NCBI GenBank assembly: GCA_963744145.1
Contig: CAVUSO010000001.1
Coordinates: forward strand, 5,600,001-5,664,000
DNA from: an uncultured cyanobacterium
GTDB lineage: Bacteria > Cyanobacteriota > Cyanobacteriia > Cyanobacteriales > CAWUOF01
Direction of reading: 5' to 3'
DNA: 64,000 bases
Shown piece by piece: positions 9,710 to 20,511 of this stretch. Position 1 is the stretch's first letter; every line of letters starts with the position of its first letter. Under the pieces are notes generated by a model that saw nothing but the letters and a program-made list of their open reading frames with translations, had not been told where the DNA came from and ran no database searches. The position numbers and the translations under genes are program-made.

Positions 9710-11824
9710 ATGGCCATCATATTTGGAATTTTTTTCATCGCCATTTTAGGAATGGGAATATTTACGGTAGGCAATTTACGCAACAAAGTTAATCAAGAAA
9801 TTTCTCAAATGCGAGAAGAATCAAAACAATTAACTAAAACAGCCCAAGAAATTGCTCGGATTGCTGATGAAGTAAAAGTCGGTGGAGAGTCACAAATTCG
9901 CTCACTAGAAGAAACCGTCAACGGCACTAGCCAAATGACCAAATCCCTGCAAGAAACAGCAGCTCAAGCTGAAACAGTCACCACCTTATCCGAAGAATTA
10001 GTCGCAGCAGTCAACGAAATGGGAGCTTCGATCGAAGAAGTGACCAAAAACACCACCGACTTAGCTATGGGGATCAGTGAAACTGCCACAGCGATCGAAA
10101 CCTCATCATTATCAATTAAATCCTTGGCAATCAGTGCCCAGGAAATGGCAACTTCTTCCACCCAAGTCAGCACTTCCATTAACCAAATTGCTGCATCAAT
10201 TAAAAACCTTAATCGCGATACAGAAACTTTAGCTACTTCCATTAACGAAACAGCAGCTTCCGTAGAAGAAATGACGCGATCGATCCAAGGAGTAGCTAAC
10301 AATGCTGATGATTTAACCTCAGCTTCAGAACAAACAACAGCTTCGATGACAGAAATGGCTACCTCGATCGAAGAAGTATCAGCTACTACCGAAAACTTAG
10401 CTGGGATCGTGCAAGAAGTAGCAGGTTCAATGGAAGAAATGTCTTCCTCCGTCCAGGGGGTAGCGCAAAATGCTGATCGGATTACCAACGCTGCTACTAA
10501 TGCTGCTACTAGTGCTACCCAACTCGATCGCTCGATCCGTTCTGTGACCAATCTGACCAAACAAGCAACAGATATTACCCAGCGAGTCAGACGGGATGCG
10601 GAGGAAGGGGGAGCAACGGTTCAAAAAGCCATTAACGGTTTAGGTCGAGTCCGAGAATCGATGGTTCAATCAGCAGAAGTAATTCGGGAAATGGGTAAGC
10701 GTACCAATGAAATTAGCAGTATCGTCGATGCGATTAACCTAATTTCCGAGCGCACTAATTTATTATCTTTAAATGCTTCGATCGAAGCGGCTCGAGCTGG
10801 AGAAGCTGGACGCGGTTTTGCCGTAGTAGCTGAAGAAATTCGCAACTTAGCAGATCGAGCTGCCCAAGCAACCACAGATATTGCTAGTATTATCAAATCA
10901 TTGCAATCAGTAGTCAATGAAGCGGTATCTACTTCCAATGAAGGTGTGCGCGTAGCAGAAGAAAGCGGTAATTTAGCCGAAGCTGGTGTAAATGGCTTGA
11001 AAAAAATTCTTGATGGGATCGAAGAAACATCGCTATTAGTAGCTCAAATTAACCGTGCTTCTGAAGAACAATTACTCGCGGGTACTAATGTAGTTAATGC
11101 GGTCAATACTACAGCCAATCAGGCCAAAGAAGTAGCATTTGCTACCAATGAACAAGCAAAAACTGCCAACATGATCCTTCAATCGACCTTACAAACCCGG
11201 AAAGTAACCCAGCAAGTAACTATCGCCATGAATGAGCAAGCAAAAGCAGTTCGAGATGTCATGAAAGCCGCCCAAAACACGAACAATTTAGCTGGTCAAG
11301 TTCGCAAAGCTACCACCGAACAAGCTAATGGGATTAACCAAATTATGAAAGCTGTGGAAATTATGCGTAAGGGGGCAAATACTACTAGTCGAGCTTTGGC
11401 AGAACAAACTATAGCTGGAGAACAAATTACTCAAGCAACTAATCAGATGGCTAAGTTAGTTAACAGTGTTAGTAAAGAAATAGACCAACAAGCTGCTAAC
11501 GCTAATCAGATTACTAAATCAGCCGACAATATGCGCCGACAATCACAACAAGTTGCCCGGGCAATGACTGAACAAAGTCGGGCAGTTAAGGATATGTATG
11601 ATGTCGTGCAAAATGTAGCCAAACAAATTTCTTTGATTACTCGTTCTAATCGTGAACACTCTAGTATATCAGCTAAGATACTTAATTCGATCGCCGAGAT
11701 TCGGGTGATCACTGAGCGGAACTTTCAAGGAGTAAAAACCACTTTGCAATATACCGTTGATTTACTAGAACGGGCTCGAGTATTAACAGCAATTACCGAT
11801 CGCTTAAACGGTAACAGGAGCTAA
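9710..11824 (+). CDS. Methyl-accepting chemotaxis protein with one N-terminal TM helix and a very long coiled coil
   Basis: Hairpin tip [31 protein letters not shown]; many EE/EQ methylation-like pairs; no periplasmic sensor domain. Confidence 0.92.
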   Translation: MAIIFGIFFIAILGMGIFTVGNLRNKVNQEISQMREESKQLTKTAQEIARIADEVKVGGESQIRSLEETVNGTSQMTKSLQETAAQAETVTTLSEELVAAVNEMGASIEEVTKNTTDLAMGISETATAIETSSLSIKSLAISAQEMATSSTQVSTSINQIAASIKNLNRDTETLATSINETAASVEEMTRSIQGVANNADDLTSASEQTTASMTEMATSIEEVSATTENLAGIVQEVAGSMEEMSSSVQGVAQNADRITNAATNAATSATQLDRSIRSVTNLTKQATDITQRVRRDAEEGGATVQKAINGLGRVRESMVQSAEVIREMGKRTNEISSIVDAINLISERTNLLSLNASIEAARAGEAGRGFAVVAEEIRNLADRAAQATTDIASIIKSLQSVVNEAVSTSNEGVRVAEESGNLAEAGVNGLKKILDGIEETSLLVAQINRASEEQLLAGTNVVNAVNTTANQAKEVAFATNEQAKTANMILQSTLQTRKVTQQVTIAMNEQAKAVRDVMKAAQNTNNLAGQVRKATTEQANGINQIMKAVEIMRKGANTTSRALAEQTIAGEQITQATNQMAKLVNSVSKEIDQQAANANQITKSADNMRRQSQQVARAMTEQSRAVKDMYDVVQNVAKQISLITRSNREHSSISAKILNSIAEIRVITERNFQGVKTTLQYTVDLLERARVLTAITDRLNGNRS

Positions 11825-11880
11825 AAAAATTAGGAATGATCTAGCCTAATCGCCAATTAAAACCGATATCATTAATCACC

Positions 11881-14723
11881 ATGACTAACCAACCTGGAAT
11901 ATATATCTTTACAACTGATGCTCATCTCTTCGTATTATCTTGGGATAGCAATCTAGCCCAAGTAACACAAATACCAACTCAGGTCGCCTGTGGTCAACAG
12001 CTAACAGCACTGATTCCCGACTTAGCACAGCGAGGTTTACTGGCAAGATTTGAACGAGTTTTGACCCAAGGGGTCATAGAAACTTTAGCACCAGCATTTC
12101 ATCATTATCTAATTCCCTGTCTCCCACCAACCGGAGCTAAATATTTTGACAAAATGCAACAAAGGGTAACTATTACCCCCCTGCGAGAGGGAAACGATCT
12201 ATTGGATAATTCCAGCAAACGTATTACTGGCATCATTGTTACCATCGAAGATGTCACTGCTCGGTTAGAAAAAGAACGGGATTTAGCCGCACAATTGGCT
12301 AGCCCGAACGAAAGCGATCGAGTCAGAGCCGCTCAGGAACTGGCTAATACCCAAAGCTCAGACCCAATTGAAGTCCCAACAACTCCAGAAAAATCTCCGT
12401 TAATGTTAGCTTTGGGAAACGAAAGTTGGCGAGTGCGTCAGATTGTGGTAGATAACCTAGCAGTCAAAGCCGATCCTAGCACCACGGCAATGTTGCTGCG
12501 AACCCTACGGGAAGAACATCGCAATCTCAGTGTTTTAAATAGCACATTGCAAGTATTAGCCCTGAGTAATATCGATGTAGTCGCACCCTTAATTGAATTT
12601 TTGCAAGATCCCGATGAAGAATTGCGAACTTACGCAGCTTTGGCTTTAGGCGATCGCCAAGATCCCCGGTCGGTTCCTGCTCTGATTGTCGCAGTCCAAT
12701 CCGATCCAGATATAAATGTGCGCTATCACGCGATCGAAGCTTTAGGTAAACTACACCCACCCGAAGCTACGGAAGCTTTACTCGCGATCGCCCTATCCCG
12801 AGATTTTTTCCTGGGCTTTCCGGCGCTAGATGCTTTAAGGCAAATTGGTGATACTAGCATTGCCCCTCGGTTAGTCCCCTTACTCGCAGATCGGTTACTT
12901 TGTTCCCCGACCGCAGTCGCTTTAGGATTACTAGGTGATCAAGAAGTCGTTCAGCCTTTAGTCCAGTTGCTCAATCAAGTCAATGCACCGACCAGAGCGA
13001 TCGCCCAATCCTTAGCTGCTTTATATCACCGCTATGAAAACTTGTACGGAGAAGGGCCTCATATTAGTGATTTATTTCAAGAAAGTGTGACCCTGAATGG
13101 CTGCCAAAATCTCCTAGATAGCCTATCTGTGGCAAATCCAGAAGAACTCAAAAGTCTGGTATTGTTATTGGGCTGGGTAGATAACCAGGAATGTGCCAAA
13201 GCACTCACCCGTTTACTCAGTGAACCCGCCGTTCGTAAAGAAGTAGTAGAAGCTTTAGTACGTTATGGCGAAGGTGTCAGCGAACTATTAATAGAGCAAT
13301 TAGAATCCCAGGATTTAGAAACCAGATCAGCCGCCATCGTTGCCCTGGGACGGATCGGCGATACTCGCTCAGTTGGGATTTTAATCAAATTATTAAAAGT
13401 AGATCCAGAATTATCGATCGCCGCAGCTAATGCTTTAGCCCGGATTGGCGATCGTTCCGCTTTTACCCCCCTCTTAAATTTATTGGGACACCAAGATGCG
13501 GGAGTCCGTCAAGCAGCGATCGCTGCTTTGAATTCTCTCGGGCATCCTGATATGCCCCAACATTTACAGACCCTATTGCGGGATGAAAGTGCTTATGTGC
13601 GCGAGTCAGCGGTGAAAATAGCTGGCTATTTTGCTTTTACAGAATGCTTAGAACTGTTTTTACAATCTTGTCAAGATCCGGATGAACGAGTCCGACGGGC
13701 AGCGATCGAACATTTGCCTTATGTGACTGAAGACGAACAGGAAATTCTCCCGATTTTGGCCGCCGCCCTGGCCAGAGAAACTCCCAACGTGCGAGCCGCC
13801 GCCACCCGAGTTTTAGCTCAGATTAATGCTAATCTGGCTTTTCCCTATCTGAAAACCGCGATCGCCGATGCTGATCCTTGGGTTCGTTATTATGCAGCTC
13901 GTTCCATGGGTATACATGGCTATCCGGAAGCTCTGGAGGATTTGGCGCATCTAGTCCAAAGAGATCCAGCCCATCAAGTCCGAGCCGCTGCTGTGGAAGG
14001 ACTGGGGCGCATTGGGAGTATCCGGGCGGTCACGATTCTGGCTCCATTAGTCCTCGGATTGGCCCAAAGAGGTAGCGATGATGGTGAACTAACTCGGACA
14101 GCAATTCGCGCTCTGGGAAATATCGGACATCCCGATGCGGTGCCATTATTACTGAATGTATTGCGATCACCTCTGGCCCACGCCGCATTGATGCCTGTAT
14201 TGCTTTAGGAGAAAGAGGTGGACAACAAGCTGTGGATGCTTTGCAATGGATCGCCGGCTCTGATCCCGATCCCCAAGTGGTGCAAGCGGCGATCGAAGCG
14301 TTAGCGCAAATGTGTAGTTCCGAGTCGATCGCTGCACTAATCGAACTGATTGCCGATCACCAGCGTGTTAATGCTTGTATTGCTGTGCTGGTGCGTCTCA
14401 ATAGTCAACCTCTTGTGGCTTTGGAACAGCAAATCGAATGGATTGGGCGGGGTTTACATCATCCCCATGCTGGAGTGCGTTGTGGTGTGATCGAAATTCT
14501 CACCCGTCTCAAACATCCCCATGCTTCCGAATTACTGATTTCTGCTCTTGGAGATCAGGATGCTTCTGTACGTCTCTATGCGGTGCGCTCTCTCAAACAC
14601 TTGGGCAATCGTTATGCCCAAGAGCAACTCTCTTCCTTAGCCCGAAATGACCCCGATGCTGCTGTTCGTCGTGCCGCCCAAAAGGTGCTGCAAACGCAAT
14701 TTCTCCCCTTCAATCAATCATAG
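11881..14723 (+). pseudogene. PAS-like plus HEAT-repeat (PBS-lyase-type) protein of about 950 aa, split by one frameshift near 14170-14180
   Basis: ORFs 11881-14208 and 14232-14723 join through the shifted frame PRRIDACIALGERGGQQAVDAL; repeated D.D..VR..A..ALG HEAT units; N-terminal PAS-like segment ending IIVTIEDVT. The frameshift could be a sequencing indel. Confidence 0.8.
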
Positions 14724-15006
14724 CAAATGAGGATTTAGGATTCCTCACTTGTTAACGCTGAATTGATTATATATGAGCAAGAATAAATCGGCAAAGTGCA
14801 ACTCTAGTCAAGAAAATTAAGGATTTTCTTTGGCTACTGATGCTAGTTTGAAAATGCCATATTTCTCTCTTGACTTGATCACTCTGAGTAGTTAGTAAGC
14901 CTGCCGCAATTTTAATGCTCGAATGTTCCCTAATGACTGGTTAATTAATCACTCATTACCCAAAACTAACTTGGATTTCTAAAAACCTTAAAAATGCGAG
15001 TCAAAA

Positions 15007-15846
15007 ATGCGAATTCCGGAACGAATTAATTTATCTGATAATATATTTATGATCTTGCGAGATTTGATTCATGAACGCACAGGAGTATATTATGATAGCA
15101 GCAAGCATGATATTTTAGCAGATCGACTTTCCCCACGTTTATTTGAACAAGGTCTTGATTCTTTTTTAGACTACTACTATTTGCTCAAATACGATTTAAA
15201 AGCTGAAGAAGAATGGAAATATGTAGTCGATGCTCTGGCGGTACTAGAAACTTTTTTTTATCGAGAATTTGATCAAATCCAAGCTCTGGTAGATGTATTA
15301 GTACCAGCATATTTTGCTCGTAACAGTAAAGAAACTTTACGGATTTGGAGTGCTGCTTGTGCGACTGGAGAAGAACCCCTAACGATCGCTATAGCACTGA
15401 ATGAAGCAGGCTATTTTCATCGTTTTCCAATTGAAATTTATGCGACTGATGCTAGTAATAAAGCCATTTTAAAAGCTAAACAAGGAATTTATCGTGAACG
15501 CTCTTTTCGCAATTTTTCGGTGGAATTACGATCAAAATATTTTCAAGAAATTGAACCAGGAAATTGGCAAATATACCCAGAAATATTCAATAAAATTAAA
15601 TGGGGAACAGTGAATTTGATTGTCCCATCTCAAGTTAATCTATTTGCTAATTCATCGATGATATTTTGCCGAAATGTCTTTATCTATTTTTCGGAAAAAG
15701 CCATTCGCCAAACGGTCAAATTATTTGCTGAAAAAATGCCTGTGCCGGGGTATTTATTTGTCGGTGCTTCTGAATCTCTATTAAAATTAAGCAATGATTT
15801 TACCTTACAAGAAATTAATGGAGCATTTGTATATGTAAAAAACTAA
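15007..15846 (+). CDS. cheR: Protein-glutamate O-methyltransferase CheR
   Basis: ETFFYRE, RIWSAACATGEEP and IFCRNVFIYF motifs. Confidence 0.95.
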   Translation: MRIPERINLSDNIFMILRDLIHERTGVYYDSSKHDILADRLSPRLFEQGLDSFLDYYYLLKYDLKAEEEWKYVVDALAVLETFFYREFDQIQALVDVLVPAYFARNSKETLRIWSAACATGEEPLTIAIALNEAGYFHRFPIEIYATDASNKAILKAKQGIYRERSFRNFSVELRSKYFQEIEPGNWQIYPEIFNKIKWGTVNLIVPSQVNLFANSSMIFCRNVFIYFSEKAIRQTVKLFAEKMPVPGYLFVGASESLLKLSNDFTLQEINGAFVYVKN

Positions 15847-16057
15847 AAATGAATTTTTTTCAAAAATTAATGTGAATTTGGTTGACTAATCTGTATAATT
15901 AACTTAGGTAAAGTTTTTTGAGTGACTCTAGTTTATACTAGCTTAACCCAAAACTAAAAATCAACTCTAATATCGCCGCAATGTGGGGTTTAATTTGTTA
16001 GTAAAGTACCCTACAGAATAAGGAAAAAATAAGTAAAAACATAACCAGGATAAAAAA

Positions 16058-17107
16058 ATGGAGCAAGTTTTACGGGTTTTAGTAGTAGATGATTCTGCAT
16101 ATATCCGTAAGGTAGTCAAGCAAATGCTATCTCGTAGTCCTTTTATCGAAGTGGTGGGTACTGCTCGTGATGGGCAGGAAGCATTAGAACTGGTGTCACA
16201 GCTCAAACCGGACGTAGTAACATTAGATTTAATTATGCCCAATATGGATGGGGTGCAGTTTTTGCAGAAGCAGATGGCAGAACAACCAATTCCAGTTGTG
16301 GTAGTAAGTATTGCGAGTGAGGGTGGTGAACAAGCGTTAGCTGCTCTAGACGCAGGAGCAGTTGATTTTGTCCAAAAGCCAACCGCATTAGCAACCGAAA
16401 AGATTTTTGAAATTAGCGATGAATTAATCGAAAAAGTTAAAGCTGCTGCTCAGGTGCCTCTGATGCGTCTACCTACTATGCCCCCACCGGAACCAAAATT
16501 ACCTGCTGCTTTGCTATTTACTAACCGTCCCAAAATCGATCTAGTGGTTTTAGGTATTTCCACAGGAGGTCCCCAAGCCTTGAGTTATCTAATTCCCCAA
16601 TTCCCAGCTAATTTACCGATTCCGATCGCCATAGTTTTACATATGCCGGTGGGCTATACAGAAATGTATGCTCATCGATTAAATGAAATGTCAAATCTGG
16701 AGGTAGTGGAAGCTAGTCAAGGTGATGTACTACGTCCGGGAACGGTATTTATTGCTCCTGCTGGACGACATTTAACTTTTATCCGTCAAGCAAATGGTCA
16801 AGTGATCACTCATCTCGATGCTCGTCCCTTCGATACTCTGCATCGTCCTAGTGTTGATGTCATGTTTCAATCAGCCGCAGAAGTATTCGGCGATCGAGTT
16901 TTAGGTGTAGTGATGACAGGAATGGGATCAGATGGCAAACAGGGTGCGGCTTGGATTAAATCTCATGGTGGTACAATTTTTACCGAAGCTGAGGAAACTT
17001 GTGTGGTCTATGGAATGCCCCGTTGTGTAGTCGAAGCCAATTTGAGTGACAAAATTGTGCCCTTACAAGAAGTCACATCAGCTATTCTCGCCCAATTGTC
17101 ATTGTAG
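16058..17107 (+). CDS. cheB: Protein-glutamate methylesterase CheB (receiver plus esterase)
   Basis: GISTGGP, HMP, RPSVD, MTGMGSDG and VVYGMP motifs. Confidence 0.95.
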   Translation: MEQVLRVLVVDDSAYIRKVVKQMLSRSPFIEVVGTARDGQEALELVSQLKPDVVTLDLIMPNMDGVQFLQKQMAEQPIPVVVVSIASEGGEQALAALDAGAVDFVQKPTALATEKIFEISDELIEKVKAAAQVPLMRLPTMPPPEPKLPAALLFTNRPKIDLVVLGISTGGPQALSYLIPQFPANLPIPIAIVLHMPVGYTEMYAHRLNEMSNLEVVEASQGDVLRPGTVFIAPAGRHLTFIRQANGQVITHLDARPFDTLHRPSVDVMFQSAAEVFGDRVLGVVMTGMGSDGKQGAAWIKSHGGTIFTEAEETCVVYGMPRCVVEANLSDKIVPLQEVTSAILAQLSL

Positions 17108-17235
17108 CAATTTGATCTAGGGATAGTTTCAATAACCAGCTGCCATGGAAAGCATTGCCTGTTGATCTCGAAGATTTGCTAGTGGTGCTTTCTGACAGTT
17201 GTTGTTATTCAAGCTCATGGTAAAAGGAGTTTTTC

Positions 17236-17895
17236 ATGTTAATTAGCGATCGCCAAAAATCTGCTCTTACCCTGCTAATTAAAATGGCATTTTCTCGAGT
17301 TAATGAAACTTCACTGGCTGATTTAGTTGGTGCTCCTATTGTCATTAAAATGTCGGAAATTTCCCTTTGTCCAGTCAGCAGAATGACTGAAGAATTTGCC
17401 CTGTTGTTTCCGGAAGAGATCATTAGTGTCCACCAAAGTTTTACTGGCTATATGTCAGGGGATGCCCTGTTGATATTTGATTATTGTAATGCGCTCAGAC
17501 TGATCAATTTAATTGACAAAAATCATGAGTTACCCCGGAATTATATCGATACAACAGCGCGTGATATGCTGATTGAAATCGGCAATATCTTATTAAATAA
17601 TTATTTGGGTATATTAACTAATTGGTTGCAAATTCAAATGTCTTTTACTGTGCCTTCTTTACAGGTAAATTTATTATCTGAGCTGATCAATTCTTTGATA
17701 GTTGGGAAAAATGAATTGCGCTATTGTTTAGTAACACCAGCAACTTTTTATCTTGATGATCAAGTAATTAATGCTAATCTAAATCTCGTTTCTGGTGTGG
17801 TGTCTCTCCACATTTTAATTAAGGCGATCGAAATCTGGGCTGATCTAACTAATGTTTCTTCTGCCAAAATGAACCAAGAATTTAGATTTGACTAA
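17236..17895 (+). CDS. cheC: CheC-like phosphatase-family protein
   Basis: DMLIEIGNILLN (D-x3-E-x2-N) motif; the first repeat motif is degenerate; lies at the operon end. Confidence 0.65.
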   Translation: MLISDRQKSALTLLIKMAFSRVNETSLADLVGAPIVIKMSEISLCPVSRMTEEFALLFPEEIISVHQSFTGYMSGDALLIFDYCNALRLINLIDKNHELPRNYIDTTARDMLIEIGNILLNNYLGILTNWLQIQMSFTVPSLQVNLLSELINSLIVGKNELRYCLVTPATFYLDDQVINANLNLVSGVVSLHILIKAIEIWADLTNVSSAKMNQEFRFD

Positions 17896-18090
17896 AAATT
17901 AGACCCCTGACCAAAATCACGGTAGATCGAGATCTTGTCTGTCCCACCGCAAGTCTGGGTTGATGGTGGGACAGTGCTACGGTGAACTTTTGCCAGAATT
18001 CTCATGTACATAAAGTGGTAAAGTTGGCGCACAAGCGCTACTACATACCTAGTGCTATTAATTACTGGCGATCGCACCAAAGGAGATGGG

Positions 18091-18750
18091 ATGATTAGCT
18101 TCCCACAAATCTTAATGCGCTTAATGTCTGCGTTCGTGCTGACGGGATTAATTGGGTTAGAGCGTTCCACCCACGATCGCGCTAGTGGTTTTCGGACTCA
18201 CATTCTAGTAGGATTAGGTTCAGCGCTGATTACCTTGACTTCTATCTATGGTTTTCCACCTAATCAGGTTGGTAATGCTGATCCAGCTCGTCTCTCGATT
18301 CAAATTGTCTCGGGCATTGGATTTTTAGGAGCAGGTGCGATTCTACGCTATGGGATGTCAGTTCGAGGACTAACTACAGCCGCGAGTCTCTGGACTTCTG
18401 CTGGACTTGGAATTGCTTGTGGGACTGCTTTTTATTTACCAGCGATCGTGACTACTCTATTAGTCATCATTACTCTCAGACCTTTGGAGAGATTGGAGTC
18501 CCAACTAGAAATCGGATCAGGAGGTCATCGCATTTGGATTTATACCAATCGTCATGAGACGAGCTTAGAAGTAGTCCAAAAGCATTTAGATAAATTTCCT
18601 TTAATCCTCAAAAGAATTGAAGTTACTTTTGATGAAGAGGGAAACCAATTAATCACACTGTCATTGATGAAAAGAATGCCGACGGGGATGTTAATTGTCC
18701 TGCTAGAAGATTTAGCCGCTTTACCTGGGATTAAAAAAGTAGAGGTTTAA
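18091..18750 (+). CDS. MgtC/SapB family membrane protein
   Basis: IGLER...GFRTH...DPARL..QIVSGIGFLGAG...GLTTAASLW; AGGAG RBS before ATG 18091. Confidence 0.9.
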   Translation: MISFPQILMRLMSAFVLTGLIGLERSTHDRASGFRTHILVGLGSALITLTSIYGFPPNQVGNADPARLSIQIVSGIGFLGAGAILRYGMSVRGLTTAASLWTSAGLGIACGTAFYLPAIVTTLLVIITLRPLERLESQLEIGSGGHRIWIYTNRHETSLEVVQKHLDKFPLILKRIEVTFDEEGNQLITLSLMKRMPTGMLIVLLEDLAALPGIKKVEV

Positions 18751-18751
18751 A

Positions 18752-20488
18752 ATGTATCCACCATCTCGAAATTCCAAAGTCAAATTTCGCCCTCAGTGGG
18801 GTGTACCTGATTTGGTTTTTTTGCTGATTTTATTTCTCGTGATCTTGGCAATTATCAAAACTGCTTCTAATTTTGGTGGTCATTATGATACTAATTTAGT
18901 CGAAATTGAAACTACTCCTAATGTCTTACCAGCCTACGCAGCTCAAACTTTGTTGCGGATGGTGAGTGCTTATATAGTATCCTTAGTTTTTACTTTGGTA
19001 TATGCCTATTCAGCTTATCGCTCTCGGGCCGCAGAAATGATTCTAATTCCTTTATTGGATATATTGCAATCAATTCCGGTTTTATCATTTTTACCAGGCG
19101 TAGTTCTAGCTTTAATTGCCTTATTTCCAGGTCAAAGAATCGGGGTAGAATTAGCATCAATTGTGCTAATTTTTACAGGGATGACTTGGAACATGACTTT
19201 TAGTTTTTATCAGTCGCTGCGAAGTATCCCACGCGAATTAAAAGAAGCAGCTAGTATTTATAGACTTAATCTTTGGCAAAGATTTTGGAATTTAGAATTA
19301 CCCGTTGGTGTCATTGGTTTAGTCTGGAATAGTGTCATGTCAGTTGCGGGTGGTTGGTTTTTTTTAATGGCGATCGAATCTTTTACGTTAGGAGAACAGA
19401 AGTTTAATTTACCTGGATTAGGTTCTTATTTAGCTAAAGCGGCTGATAAGGGAGACTATGGAGCAATTGGATGGGGATTAGCAGTTTTAATTGGCATTAT
19501 TATTGCCATTGACTTCTTCATCTGGCGGCCATTGATTAGCTGGGCAGAAAAATTTAAAATGGAAATGGTAGAAGCCCAAAATACTCCCCAATCTTCTGTA
19601 TTAGATTTTCTGCGCCGATCGCCAACTTTAAGAGTTTTGAGTGACAAGCTTTTCAAGCCTTTACAAAAAAATATGGATCATGTTTTTATTGAAGCTTTTC
19701 CCCTCCGAGCTGGATCAACTAAAAGCGCAGAGTTTGAATGGGGAAAATGGTTAACCTATGTGTGCTTATTTGGATTTGGTATTCTCGTTTTTTGGGGAAT
19801 GGGCGAAGCATGGCAAATGCTGCAAACCTTAAACCTCCAAAATTGGCAAACCATAGTATTAAGCGCAATCATCACAGCTTTGCGGGTAATTATTGCCTTA
19901 ATTCTTTCCCTAGCATGGACTGTCCCAGTGGGAGTAAGTATTGGGAGAAATCCGAAATTATCTCAATTATTACAACCGATTGTGCAAATTGCTGCTTCTG
20001 TACCAGCAACTGCCCTATTTCCACCTTTACTATTATTATTAATTAAGGTTGGTGGTGGCTTAGAAATTGGTTCGGTGGCACTAATGATGTTAGGCACAAT
20101 GTGGTATATCCTCTTTAATGTGATTGCTGGTGCCCAATCAATTCCTGAAGATTTGTTAGAAGCTGCTCGGATTTATAAGTTATCTCTATGGCAGCGTTGG
20201 GAAACCATTATTCTCCCTGGAATATTTCCCTATTTAATCACGGGCATAATTACCGCTGTAGGCGGAGCATGGAATGCTAGTATTGTTAGTGAATACGTCA
20301 ATTTTCAAGGACAAACCATTGCTGCACCAGGATTGGGAGCGCTAATTTCTGAAGCAACAGCAAAAGGAAATTTTGATGTCTTATTAGCATCAACAATGGT
20401 CATGTCTTTTTTAGTGGTACTCACGAATCGCTTAGTTTGGCGTCCACTTTACCGATTAGCCCAAGAGAAGTATCAACTGTTACTATAG
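18752..20488 (+). CDS. NitT/TauT-type ABC transporter double permease
   Basis: Two EAA loops (ELKEAASIY, DLLEAARIY), LQSIPVLSFLPG and many TM helices. Confidence 0.88.
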   Translation: MYPPSRNSKVKFRPQWGVPDLVFLLILFLVILAIIKTASNFGGHYDTNLVEIETTPNVLPAYAAQTLLRMVSAYIVSLVFTLVYAYSAYRSRAAEMILIPLLDILQSIPVLSFLPGVVLALIALFPGQRIGVELASIVLIFTGMTWNMTFSFYQSLRSIPRELKEAASIYRLNLWQRFWNLELPVGVIGLVWNSVMSVAGGWFFLMAIESFTLGEQKFNLPGLGSYLAKAADKGDYGAIGWGLAVLIGIIIAIDFFIWRPLISWAEKFKMEMVEAQNTPQSSVLDFLRRSPTLRVLSDKLFKPLQKNMDHVFIEAFPLRAGSTKSAEFEWGKWLTYVCLFGFGILVFWGMGEAWQMLQTLNLQNWQTIVLSAIITALRVIIALILSLAWTVPVGVSIGRNPKLSQLLQPIVQIAASVPATALFPPLLLLLIKVGGGLEIGSVALMMLGTMWYILFNVIAGAQSIPEDLLEAARIYKLSLWQRWETIILPGIFPYLITGIITAVGGAWNASIVSEYVNFQGQTIAAPGLGALISEATAKGNFDVLLASTMVMSFLVVLTNRLVWRPLYRLAQEKYQLLL

Positions 20489-20511
20489 TCTTAGTAGTTA
20501 ATCAGTAGCAT

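Noticed and set aside
9964..10938. Antisense ORFs (198, 65 and 90 aa) within the MCP gene
   Set aside because: Shadow frames of a repetitive coiled-coil gene with no motifs
11881..14723. Phycobiliprotein lyase CpcE/F
   Set aside because: Much longer than a lyase, has a PAS-like N-terminus and is embedded in the che operon
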